From Octopus vulgaris (taxonomy: Eukaryota): 64,000 nucleotides of DNA. The notes below the pieces were generated by a model that was given only the letters and a program-made list of their open reading frames with translations, was not told the origin of the DNA and made no database searches. Below, one piece after another: positions 26,331 through 37,670 of the stretch. A program made the translations under genes and the position numbers. The stretch is taken from assembly GCA_951406725.2 (NCBI GenBank), contig OX597821.1, forward strand, positions 72,478,001-72,542,000. Direction: 5' to 3'. Numbering within the stretch: position 1 is the first letter of the stretch; every line of letters begins with the position of its first letter.

Positions 26331-26694
26331 TCTCTATATATATAAACGGCAAAATGTCAGTGTGTGTGTCCTTTATACAAATCCACAATTTTTCAGTTAG
26401 AGGGCTCGCACTTTCTATGGTCATTCAAAACCGTCCAAGGGTGGTCGTACACATCTTTACATTTCCCCAGTCACCCCGCAAAGCCATTAAAAAATCAATA
26501 GAAGTGATTTTTTTGTGAATTTTCTATCTAAAACCCAATTAAAATGCCCAAAACTTGATACGCCAATTGAATGCCAGCTAGTTGTATGTGATTGGTCTGA
26601 GATTTGGACAGTACTGATGTGTATGTGTGCACGCACGCAGCTGTATATGCATGCACTAGCACTATGACCTGGCATTGCCGGGTCATAGTGCTAG
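26331..26694 (+). mobile_element. Non-autonomous Helitron-like element
   Basis: Inserted between A and T; 5' TC(TCTATATATATAAA); 3' hairpin ending CTAG; no TSD. Confidence 0.75.
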
Positions 26695-26811
26695 TTTTAC
26701 CATAAATTATAAACAAAATGCTATCACAACAAAGGGATTTGAGAATACAGAAGGCTTAAATAAAAACAGCATCCTCTTCTATAGAATAAATATTGTCATT
26801 AATTAACATAC

Positions 26812-26987
26812 CTTGAGAGTGTTGTCACCTGAAGAGGTTACCATTAAGGGTTCAGAAGGCAAGCAATACATCCCAGTTATAGACGAACGATGAGCATCAC
26901 GTACTTGACATTTGATACGGTTTTCTTCAAGGTCCCACACCGCCATATGTCCAGATGCACTACCACTGACCATTATAGGGTGACCAT
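26812..26987 (-). CDS. WDR36: WDR36 exon 7 (DGHPIMVSGSASGHMAVWDLE...EPLMVTSSGDNTLK)
   Basis: WD repeat; ttctag/gtatgt; 176 nt. Confidence 0.96.
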
Positions 26988-28324
26988 CTAGAAACAAGTA
27001 AATTTCATTTTTTTTTAAAATTATTCAATACATATAAAAAGCTTAGATTAACATATTTCATCAGCATCATCGTCTTACATCCACTTTTCCATGGATTGGA
27101 AATTTTGCTGAGACAAATTTTCTATGGCTTGATGCCATTCCTGTCACCAACCGTCATCTGCTTCCCAAACTTGGAAATATTTCTCCTTGGTCAGACATGT
27201 TCTCCATAAAAGACTGGAAATGAACAACATGCTCATTTACAATCATCATCATCGTTTAATGACCGTTTTCCATGCTAGCTTGGGTTGGACGATTTGACTG
27301 AGGGCTGGTGAACCAGATGGCTGCACCAGGCTCCAATTGTGATTTGGCAGTGTTTCTACAGCTGGATGCCCTTCCTAACGCCAACCACTCTGAGAGTGTA
27401 GTGGGTGCTTTTACGTGCCACCGGCACGGGGGCCAGTCAGGCAGTACTAGCAACGATCTCGCATGAATCTTTTTAGACATGCTACCGGCACAGGTACTAG
27501 TAAGGCAACACTAATAACGAATCATTTTACACATGCCACCGGCACAAGTGCCAGTAAGGCAACGCTGGTAACAATCACACTCGAATGGTACCTTTTATGT
27601 GCCACCAGCACGGCAGCCAGTTAGCCACTCTGGCAACAATCATGCTCGAATGGTGCTCTTAGCACCCTACAATGATCACATGATGTCAAGACAAGGGTAC
27701 ACACATACATATATGATGGGCTTCTTTCAGTTTCCTACTGACTCTATTCACAAGGCTTTGGTCAGCCTGGAGCTATATAGTAGAAATACCTGCCCAAGGT
27801 GCTGTAGAGTGGGACTGAACCCCAAGACAATATTGTAGATTTTATGACAGAAATAAATTTATTTAAAATAAAAGTCAGGAATACAGTTTCAATTCTTGAT
27901 ACATCTGTAAAGAAAGGAATTCATAAGTGGAGCAGAAAATATCTCCAATCACTCTTCAAAGGTAACATGATTTGTTCTGAAGTAGTTTCAATCTGACTGT
28001 GTGTCTGCGTCACCTTATACTACCATCATTGGCTTGAGTGAGGGGCAGAAGGCTCCCTACAGTCACTCAACCTGCAAGAAATAACAGGCGACTTTCTCTC
28101 AAAACACACCCTTCTATCTTACAAAAAGGGATCATGTAATGTATTTCTAAATGTCTTGTAGGTGGAAGGGAAAAGAATGGAATAACATAGATCTGTTGAA
28201 TCGGGATCAATCAGAGGAAAGTCTAGGATCAAAAGTCAGTTCAATCAACTCATCATCATCATCAACTACTGATGTTATACAAGCATTCATTCGTATAAAC
28301 ATCACACATTCAAACAATTATGAA

Positions 28325-28462
28325 TTTGTATTATTCAGGTCACTGCCTGGAATCTAGGGGTTAGTAGCCCGCGCTCTTAACCACTACACCCTATGCCTGT
28401 GGCGTAGTGGTAAGAGTGCAGGCTACTAACCTCAAGATTCCGGGTTCGATTGCAGGCAGTGA

Positions 28463-28494
<32 letters not shown>

Positions 28495-28499
28495 CCATC
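28325..28499. mobile_element. Head-to-head tRNA-derived dimer with (AAT)n tail and 12-bp TSD
   Basis: TSD aacaattatgaa at 28313-28324 and 28500-28511; A-box GGCGTAGTGGT, B-box GGTTCGATT; caggcagtga.ctgaata shared with 11625-11655. Confidence 0.78.
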
Positions 28500-28617
28500 A
28501 ACAATTATGAAGACAAGACCAGCTGCACTAACATCTCTCATGTTAATACTGCACAAGGTGAAAGTGGTATAAAGTATTTACTTTTCAAGTTGAATGATAT
28601 AAAAATATAATAACTAC

Positions 28618-28750
28618 CTGATCGGAAGGATATAGTGGTAACAGGAGCCCAGGTTTGAGTAAACTTCATCACAGACTCATCATAACGGATATTATGTACA
28701 ATAATGCGACCATCCTCCAGGCCGACTGCTATGACATCAACTGCAGGGGC
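28618..28750 (-). CDS. WDR36: WDR36 exon 6 (APAVDVIAVGLEDGRIIVHNIRYDESVMKFTQTWAPVTTISFRS)
   Basis: APAVDV and SFR motifs; gctag/gtagtt; 133 nt; only 138 nt of intron to exon 5. Confidence 0.95.
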
Positions 28751-28888
28751 CTAGCAGTATTAGAAATAAATATATATCGTAAACAGAAAGCAAAGACAAA
28801 CAGCAGTTTGCCCAGTTTTACACTGAGTCTATTTAGCAATTCGGGAAAGTTTTCCAAAAAGAAGAAAAACAAAAATGAATTATATTAC

Positions 28889-29076
28889 CTGCTCGAGAAC
28901 GGTAACTTTGGAATTCCACCCAGGGAATGTATAAATAAGTTTATTTGATTTTAAGTTCCACAGTTGTAGAGTGCCTTGTGCACTTCCAAATAATACTTTG
29001 TTAAGGTATGTGACAGGATGAACCACTGAAGTAACTTGAAATTGTTTATTGTCAAAAGACATTTCCAAGTAAAGTT
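28889..29076 (-). CDS. WDR36: WDR36 exon 5 (ELYLEMSFD...HPVTYLNKVLFGSAQGTLQLWNLKSNKLIYTFPGW...LEQ)
   Basis: Diagnostic HP.TYLNK motif; cctacag/gtaata; 188 nt. Confidence 0.96.
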
Positions 29077-29206
29077 CTGTAGGAGGAGACAAAAAAAAAT
29101 GCACATCATTTTGTAGTTTGTTTTTCTATAAATTGGTCAGATCTGCAATGCAACATGTTCTTAGATATCTATTTTCGCTAATAGGAAAAACATTGCCTTT
29201 TAGGCG

Positions 29207-30286
29207 GTTACCAAACCGCCCAAAGCCGCCCAAACAAAATTTTGGTTTATGAGACCAAACTGCCCAAAGCCGCCCGAATTTACCTATTCATATTTAAATG
29301 AGAATATCAGAGCAAATCTCTTCAGTACATTCGTGAAAACACGTATTATACTTCGTAAACAGTTCAACTACAGTTTTGTACAATAATCGAAGTGTAATAT
29401 TAATTCCATGAATTTTGGGAGATTTTTTTTCCGAAATTTGTTCCTATTGTGTTTTCAAAATTTGTAATTCTGACAAAAAATGGATACGAATTTCATTATA
29501 TCAAGCAGCGAGTCAGAATTCGAAGGATTTTCTACTGAAGACCTTCATAAATCTAACTCTATGACTGAAAAAAAAAAGCATGTGGTATTTGATAATGAAT
29601 CTGATGTTTCATTTTCCGAAAGTGAAGACAGTGAATCTGAGATCTCCGATAGCGATAAAGAAAACGAATTGGCACCTGAATGGAGTGAAAATTTAAAAAC
29701 TGTTTCTTGCGGTGATTTTTCTGAAGAAACTGGACCAAGCCACAGACTTTCCCAGAAGGGTAAAGCCTTAGACTATTTCTATTTACTTTTTTGATTGAGC
29801 CTATTTGAAATCATTACGGCAGAAACGAACCGTTACGCTCAACGTAAACAAAGCGAAAGAAAGGATAGTTTGTGGTTTCCCACAACCTTAAATGAAATTA
29901 AGACTATTTTGCCATAAATATTATTATGGGTATCAGAAAGTTACCCAGAATAACAAATTCTATCGTAAAATTTTGTTGTATACCCAATTGAATATTAGCT
30001 AATAACCCATTTTCTATAGCGATGTTTGAACAAAATTTTTATAATTTTATATTTTGTGGAATTTACCTGTATCTACCTGCAATTAGAGTCACTTTGTGAC
30101 AAAAATTATAGTATAGAATTGGTTGAGAATATTTCATTAAATTATCTTCCAAAAATCAGATTAATATATCGATAAATAAAAAAGTTATAGTTGTTTAATG
30201 AAACCAGACTAAATTTATGATTACGTTAGAAATTAATTGAAACACATAAGGGGTGTAATTTGGTCAGAAATATAGTAACGAAAGGG
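29207..30286 (+). mobile_element. Second near-identical copy of the deleted piggyBac element, left TIR damaged
   Basis: Same sequence and same internal deletion as 22505-23575; right end aaaggg-TTAA. Confidence 0.9.
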
Positions 30287-31948
30287 TTAATAGACAGACA
30301 GATCGTTCGATTCATCGTGCCATTTTGTATAAATAGTACTCCACTGTCCAATGTGTCCTTTCCTAATTCAATAAGGTGTGGTTTGAGAGCAAGTTGGTAG
30401 CCATTTTTACCAATTTAAAGGACCATGCAGTGACTTTCATTCATTGAGTCCAAGTAGACTTAAGTGTTATTCCTTAGCCCCAGGTCCATCTCAATCCAGT
30501 GGAACTAAGACAGAAGGTGTTCCAGTCATGTCCATCCCATGTTTTAGTATATCAGGAACTACAATGTTTAGGACAGGAGGGAGAGATTTAAAGGAGATAT
30601 GCTTGCTATCTGCAAATGGATCGGGCACCCATGTAGAAGCTCTCATATCAAGCAATGAGACCAGTCAAAATACCCTGACATCACTCTACAAGGGTGGAAA
30701 TATTATTATTAGACAGTAATACAGTAAACAGACAAGATAATATTCTTGTCTGTCTCACTCATTCATTCGTTTAGAGACAGGATGAGGAGTTTGTTACTTA
30801 GAAAGGATTGTGAGAGGCAGACAGAGAAGGGACTGGCTGTGTTTCAGTTACGTTTACGGATTTACTAACTTAAGCTCCATTATAGTAAGGATCCATTTAA
30901 AATAATCACACACACACACTCTCTCTCTCATGCATACAAGCATGTATGTATACAGGTGCCAGGAGAGGCTGGCATCGGCCACGATCAGTTAGTGCTTTTT
31001 ACGTGCCACCGGCACAGAAGCCAGTCAAGGCGGCGCTGGCATTGGCCATGTTCGGATGGTGCTTTTTACGTGCCACTGGCACAGGCATCACAACTACAAT
31101 TTCCATTTGATATTTATTTTGATGTTGATGTACTAGACTCAATAGGTCTCCTCCAGCACAGCAGGTTGCCCTATGATCCAAGGTAAGCACAGCAGGTCGT
31201 TCTGCAATCCAAGGTACTTTGGAGGGGCTGGGGATATATACGTACATATGCTGGGATTCAGTCCCACTGCTTGGCACCTCGGACAAGTGTCTTCTATTAT
31301 AGCCTCAGGTCCATCAGAACCTTGTGAGTGGATTTGGTAGACAAAAAATGCAAGTAGACTGTTGTGTGTGTTTGTCCCCTGCTACCACTTGACAACCAGT
31401 TTTGGTGAGTAACTTAGCAGTTCAACAAAAGAGAATGATAGAATAAGTGCCAGGCTCTAAAAAAATAAGTATGAATTCTTGAAGGTGGTGCTACAGCATG
31501 GTCGCACTCTAATGAATGAAACAAGAATAAAAGATACATAGATGCACAAACATATTTATATACAAGTTTCTGTCTATTAAATCCATTCACAAGGCTTTGG
31601 TGAGTCTGAGCCTAGAGTCGAAGGCACTTTCCAAAGTACCATACAGTGGAACTAAACCAGAAACCACATGGTTAAGAAGCAAGCTTTTTAACTACATGGC
31701 CACGCTGGCACCTTATCCTAATTATTGTCCCAATAAATTTTTTTTTTTAAATACATTTGCTTCCAAACATTTCCTGTTACATTTCTTTTTTGTCTTGAAA
31801 TTATTGCATTAGCTGAAGGAACTTTTTCCAAAATAAATTATGAATAAATGCACAAACACACTTCAAGGCAGAAATGCTTTGAAGACTGAAAAAAGTAACA
31901 GGTAAAAATTATTAATTACACAGTTATTTCTTTTTTAAAACAACTTAC

Positions 31949-32066
31949 CCTTATTTTTGATATTCCAAACTCGTACAAAGCTATCTTCATCAACAGATAT
32001 CAAATGTGCAGAAAATGTCAGTAAAATATGAACAGCACTTTTGTGGCCTATATATTTTCTAATAAC
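31949..32066 (-). CDS. WDR36: WDR36 exon 4 (VIRKYIGHKSAVHILLTFSAHLISVDEDSFVRVWNIKNK)
   Basis: WD40 GH...WN repeat; tttcag/gtaagt; 118 nt. Confidence 0.94.
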
Positions 32067-32303
32067 CTGAAAAGAATTTCAGAAAATATTTCTCTACCAT
32101 CACAATTTTCATTTCTTCTTTTCAAACTCTTTTAACTTAATATCTTAGTATCAGCATCAGTAATATTAGATCATTATTATCAATAACAGATACATAATGA
32201 TGGTTTTTAAATGCAAATCTGCAATTTTGAAAGCATCAGATATTATTCAATACAAGTGAAGCTACCAAGAAACTAGTCTAGTATACATTTTAGTATACTA
32301 GTC

Positions 32304-32591
32304 CAGTGCTACTGAAAGTGGTGGTCCGCAGACTGATACCAGTCCATGAGCCATCAGCTGCCGGTACGCAGCGAGTTTCCAGAAAAGAAAGAAACATTAT
32401 AAAATGCTTATGTAATATTTCATTACTTGTTTACAAAATAAATATTTTTAAAATTGTCAACTTTTATTATATTCATTATATATATATTGTTTCTGGTATA
32501 AATTGATATTACTAGGAAATATTGCCGATCCCTGACACATTGGGAAAAAAAAACTGCTGGTATGCCACATCAAAAAGTCTGAGAAGTATGG
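32304..32591. mobile_element. Degenerate hAT-like MITE
   Basis: cagtgctact.aaa 5' end; imperfect 8-bp flanks tactagtc/cactagcc with central TA. Confidence 0.4.
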
Positions 32592-33380
32592 CACTAGCCT
32601 CTATACACTACATAATCATCATCATTTAACGTCCGTTTTCCATGCTAGCATGGGTTGGACGGTTTGACCGGGGTCTGGGAAGCCAGGAGGCTGCACCAGG
32701 CTCGTCTGATTTAGCAGTGCTTCTACAGCTGGATGCCCTTCCTAACGCCAACCACTCCGTGAGTGTAGTGGGTGCTTTTTACGTGCCATCGGCACAGGGG
32801 CCAGATGAGGCTGGCAAACGGCCACGATCGATTGGTGCTTTTACGTGTCACCAACACAGACGCCAAGTTCGGATGGTGCTTTTAACGTATCACTGGCATG
32901 GGTATCTTAACTACAATTTATGTATTTTATTAAACTAATGGATGCTGATAGTAAAGATGAGCAAGCTATGGCATATTTAAAGCAAAAAGAGAAAAAATAA
33001 AAATTAGTCAAATACAAAAACAATAAATACTATTATATTTGGAAGAATGGTTTAAAACAAAAGCCATTATTTACTTGGCAAGCAGCCAGAATCATTAACA
33101 AATTGGACAAGATGCTTAGTGGTATTTCTTCAGACTGAGTCAAATCCCAGAGGTCAATGTTGCCTTTCATGCATTTGGGCGGGTCAATAAAATAATGTAC
33201 CTGTCATGTAGTGGGGTTAATGGCATTGACTATCCCCTCCCCTCAAAGTCGCTGGTCTGGTGCCTAAATTAGAAATATTTACTAGCAGCAAATATTTGAA
33301 AGGAAGAGTCTATTGAAGATGAACTCATCTATTAGATATTTTGTCTTTCAGTTTAATTTAGTTATGAAAGCTTGGAGAAT

Positions 33381-33915
33381 TACAACCGTGTTTCGTGGTC
33401 TGCTAACACAACAGCTCCTTTATAGGATCCAGTTAGCTCAAGACATCATCAGGAGGAACCACATACGGTTTCGGCCCCTACTCCTCTACCGTTTTGACAT
33501 GGCATCCCCCCCCCCCTTTCAGAGGTGTCTTCAGCTCTGGTGTTGGGTGCATGTCTTCTTTCTTCTGTTCCCTGGCCTCTTCGATGTAGTGTCAATGAGT
33601 GTCAGCGGGTGACTGACTGTCTTGTCAAATCTTTTCCTTTAAATACCTGCTGCTAGGCTCCAGCAGGCAGCCCCAGCAAGTTGTCACGTGACACTGTCTC
33701 AACTTTAACTAACCAATGAAGGGGCGTAGTCTTAGCCCATGCATTCTCTAAACGATCGTCACCTGTCAGTCAGCGAAACTAATTCAGTGTCAGCTTGTCT
33801 CACCTAGTGATGTTATTTCCCGCCAGCATGTTATGACTTTCAAACCATTTTTGGTCTTCCCGCTTCAGCCATATATAGAAGCTAGCTTTTTCGACTGCCT
33901 CCTGTACTCTCCTTT
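33381..33915 (-). mobile_element. Probable Penelope-like pseudo-LTR remnant with two tandem hammerhead motifs
   Basis: CTGAAGA..GAAA and CTGATGA..GAAA pairs ~100 nt downstream of TATTTAAA; E-box palindrome and CCAAT upstream. Confidence 0.5.
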
Positions 33916-34057
33916 AAAGAATCCAAGCCATTATGTCAACCAGAATCATTACATCATTCAGATGAGATTCTCTCTCCAAAGAAAAAAAAAGCCTCTTATT
34001 TTCTAGGGACAGAGTTTAGTTTCAAGGCAACAACTTTGACTTGTAAAATAATTATAT

Positions 34058-34497
34058 CATCATCATCATCATCGTTTAGCGTCCGCTTTCCATGCTAGCA
34101 TGGGTTGGACGGTTCAACTAGCGTCTGGGAAGCCAGAAGGCTGCACCAGGCCCAGTTTGATCCGGCAATGTTTCTACGGCTGGATGCCCTTCCTAACGCC
34201 AACCACTCCATGAGTGTAGTGGGTGCTTTTTACGTGCCACCGGCACAGGTGCCAGACGAGTCTGGCAAACAGCCACAATCGGATGGTGCTTTTTATGTGC
34301 CACCGGCACGGGGGCAAGGCGAGGCTGGCAACAGCCACGAACAGATGGTGCTTTTTACATGCCACCGGCATGGGGACCAGGCGAGGCTGGCAATGGCCAC
34401 AAACGGATGGTGCTTTTTACATGCTACCGGCATGGGGGCCAGGCGAGGCTGGCAATGGCCACGAACGGATGGTGCTTTTTACGTGCCACTGGCATAG
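34058..34497 (-). mobile_element. RTE 3' UTR fragment with five ~62-nt units; other UTR-only copies near 5430-5650, 12840-13205, 15895-16205, 21590-21935, 25120-25420, 25620-25987, 27243-27665, 32616-32920, 37840-38100, 43905-44170, 46060-46348
   Basis: Shared core gagtggttggcgttaggaagggcatccagc...cccatgctagcatggaaa..gttaaacgatgatg in both orientations. Confidence 0.85.
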
Positions 34498-34865
34498 AAA
34501 AATCAAAAATGAATTAAGATGGTTTCATTGCTGATTGTGTAAATGTTGACTTTTTGAACAAGAAAATTAGAAGGAATGAAATTCAAATGCTTTAAATGAA
34601 AATAAAATCTATCTTGAAGTTGCATGTTTCATTTAAAGTGAATAGCGTGGTTTGCTTTGAATCTTTGTCAAAAATATTAATAAGAGTCAGAAATGAGGAA
34701 TCCAAGTTGATGTCTCCTTGCCAATTCCATCGGAGAGAAGGTAGTCAGGTAAAGGATCAACATTGACGCCTGAGTGTTGTAACTTTATATTATCAACAAA
34801 AGAAGTGAAAACCAAAATTGCATCTTAAAAAGAATTAAAAAGTATATTAGTTAATTTCGACTGAC

Positions 34866-34966
34866 CTGCTGTCCCCGTAGAAAGCAGTAGATAATATTTT
34901 GGCAGGCTGTAAATACTTGATGATGATTAGCAGCAAGGCATGAGATCTCATCAGGATGGGTGTCAC
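34866..34966 (-). CDS. WDR36: WDR36 exon 3 (DTHPDEISCLAANHHQVFTACQNIIYCFLRGQQ)
   Basis: ttttcag/gtcagt boundaries; 101 nt; phase 1 to 0; similar to PQDICCMAADGRLVFAA. Confidence 0.92.
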
Positions 34967-35291
34967 CTGAAAAGTTTTAAAAAGTCATAAAATCATAAAA
35001 TACAGCCCAGTTAATTAAAACAAATTCGAACTATATACTAATTTTTCCTTACAGACTATTAATGTCTCCATCGCCTTTTAGTTTTTCTACTTTTATGGGA
35101 GAGAAGGATTTAGCAATATCAGATAATTTAGTGGACCATGTCATCTTTCTACATTGACTCGACCTATAACTGACCATAACACTGTAAAGTAAAAACCAGC
35201 AAACACACCCATGTGGTTACACAAAGTGTTAGAAATAACAGAGAAAATTCCTTCAAATCACTCTACTGTCTAGAAATGTGAGGAAATCTGG

Positions 35292-36823
35292 GGCTAATGC
35301 AGTTTCGCACCTCTCCTTGAAAAATGCATTTTTTTTAAAAATCTTTTCGGATTCCTACATTTTAGGTATCAGAGATTACAAATACGCAAAAAAAAAAATT
35401 TTTTTTTTATTTCACCCCACTCTCCCCAATTTAAATTTTTGATTTTGTTTACTTTAAAGAGATTGTAGCAAACTGACGAACATATGCAAATCGAAATTAA
35501 AAACATTAATGTGAAAAGAATTTGCGTTTTACTTGTGTTTACCTTAAATAATCGTAAATAATAATTGAATGTAAATTTAATATACACCATTTTATGAGAA
35601 ACACACATTAATATTTAATAATTAATGTTATAAAGTTTAACAAGGGGCTCAAAATTCACCCCCTCCCCCAATTTTAAATTTTGAACTTTTTCATCCATTT
35701 ATTTGTCTTTGAACGGACAGAGTTAAAACTATTGAAAAGGTTGCAAGACGCAACAAAAATTTTAGGAAAATAAAAATAAGAGGAAATGTTACCGGTGAGT
35801 GTGTTAAATCATAAGGCACAAAAAGAAAATGACTCTCCCCAGACACAACAGAGGGACGAGGTGGTGAAGCACGACCTTCGAACTTTAGGTCTCACTGAGG
35901 AAATGACTAGAGACCGAGACCTCTGGAAGTATGCTGTGCATGAGAAGACCCGGCAGGACAAGTGAGACCATAACCTGTGGCCTTCTACACGGGATGTAGC
36001 CAGTCCACTTATGCATACCTTCCCTTCTTGGGACACAAAACTCTACTTGTGAAGACCTGTTGAGGCAAGTGAGAATCAGAATCGAAATCGATCAATGGAA
36101 ATTGCAGCTGAGATACCAGTGCTGGTGACACGTAAGAGAACCATCCGAACGTGCTGTTGCCAGCGCCGCCCCAACTGGCCTCGTGCTGGTGGCACGTAAA
36201 AAGCGCCATCCATTCGTGGTCATTGCCAGCCTCGCGTGGCCCCCGTGCTGGTGGCACATAAAAAGCACCATCCGATCATGGCAGTTTGCCAGACTTGTCT
36301 GGCACCTGTGCCGGTGGCACGTAAAAAGCACCCACTACATTCATGGAGTGGTTGGCGTTAGGAAGGGCATCCAGCCGTAGAAACATTGCCAGATCAGACT
36401 GGGCCTGGTGCAGCCTTCTGGCTTCCCAGACCCAGTTGAACCATCCAACCCATGCTAGCATGGAAAGCGGACGCTAAACAATGATGATGTTTATTCATAA
36501 AATATATTTGTCAACTAAATATGGTGGTCCTAGAGAAGAAGACAGTGTTACTGTTGTTTTTAGCCCCAGGAAAACATTCATATCTATCTCTTTATACATA
36601 TATCTATATGCTCATTGAATTTAAAACTTTCAAAATGTGGTTTTTTAAATATCCAGATCTCTGTCATCAAAAAACAAAGAAAAAAGTTTTGAAAAAGTTC
36701 AAAATTTTAAATGGGCGGGATTGCATATTTGTAATCTGACATCTAAAATGTAGGAATCTGAAAAATTTTTTTGCAAAAAACAAAAAAGGAATTTTCAAGG
36801 AGAGGTGTGAAACTGCATTAGCC
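35292..36823. mobile_element. Unclassified TIR element with nested RTE fragment
   Basis: ggctaatgcagtttc.cacctctccttgaaaa matches the reverse complement of 36793-36823; inverted similarity extends ~100 bp; TSD unclear. Confidence 0.7.
35850..36490 (+). mobile_element. 5'-truncated RTE LINE nested in a TIR element
   Basis: DEVVKHDLRTLGLTEEMTRDRDLWKYAV, then the 3' UTR and GAT tail. Confidence 0.82.
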
Positions 36824-37099
36824 ATGGAAATCCTACATATACAATACTTAAACAAGATTGTGATGGCTGGAACACATTTGATCTTTTGTCAGGATTGATA
36901 TGGAGCTAAACACCAATAACTGTTAAGGAAGCAGGGATCAGTTTTCAGTGATACCATAGTATGTCAAGTAAAGGTTATGCATCTTGCCAAGGAATACAAA
37001 ATAATGGCTTCTGAGCTGTATTGCTCATGGTCCTCTGGTCCAGCAGTTTTCAAAAGGAAAAATACCAGCCCCAACCCTACAAAAAGATCTGGTCGATGC

Positions 37100-37670
37100 C
37101 TCCACCTGTGTCTGAACATGTCAAAGTGCTGTCATCTGCCTGTTGGCTCCACTCGTGCAACTCAACTTGATTTTGAGCCGGGTTGCCTGCTGCCGGAGAA
37201 GACCAACCAAGTAAAGGACCTGGGTATCTTGGTGGATTCTTTCTTTTCGCCTTCAGCCCAATGCATCCATGCTGCCAACAAAGCACGCGGAGTTCTGTTT
37301 TTGATTCGACAGTCATTCGGAATGCTCACAGCAGCCATATTCCTACTGCTCTATGACACGCTGGTGAGACCCATATTGGAGTACGGGATTCAAGCCTCTT
37401 CTCCTCAAAGACATACAGCATCTCGAAAGAGTCCAGAAGCTGGCTACCCGCATGGTTCTTGGTCTCAAGTATTTGTCTTATGAAGAAAGGCTGAAGACGC
37501 TCGACCTTTATTCTCTCGAAAAACGATGACGCGTGGTGATCTCATTCTTGCTCACAACATCATAAGCGGAAAGTGTAACCTCTCGAAAAAGCTGTTCTTC
37601 ACTCCTGCTCCAGAGCGTGCGCTGCGGGGGTCACTCCGAAAAGCTCTATCTACGACGATTTCATCTCAAT
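37100..37670 (+). pseudogene. CR1-clade LINE ORF2 C-terminal remnant
   Basis: KDLGILVD, AANKA, LVRPILEYG, (R)RGDLI motifs. Confidence 0.85.

Noticed and set aside
28395-28465. Functional tRNA gene with ACT anticodon
   Set aside because: No complete acceptor stem, T-stem mismatches, and it lies within a TSD-flanked inverted repeat.
34220-34497. CRISPR-like repeat-spacer array
   Set aside because: The spacers are homologous to each other, the context is a eukaryotic LINE UTR and there are no cas genes.
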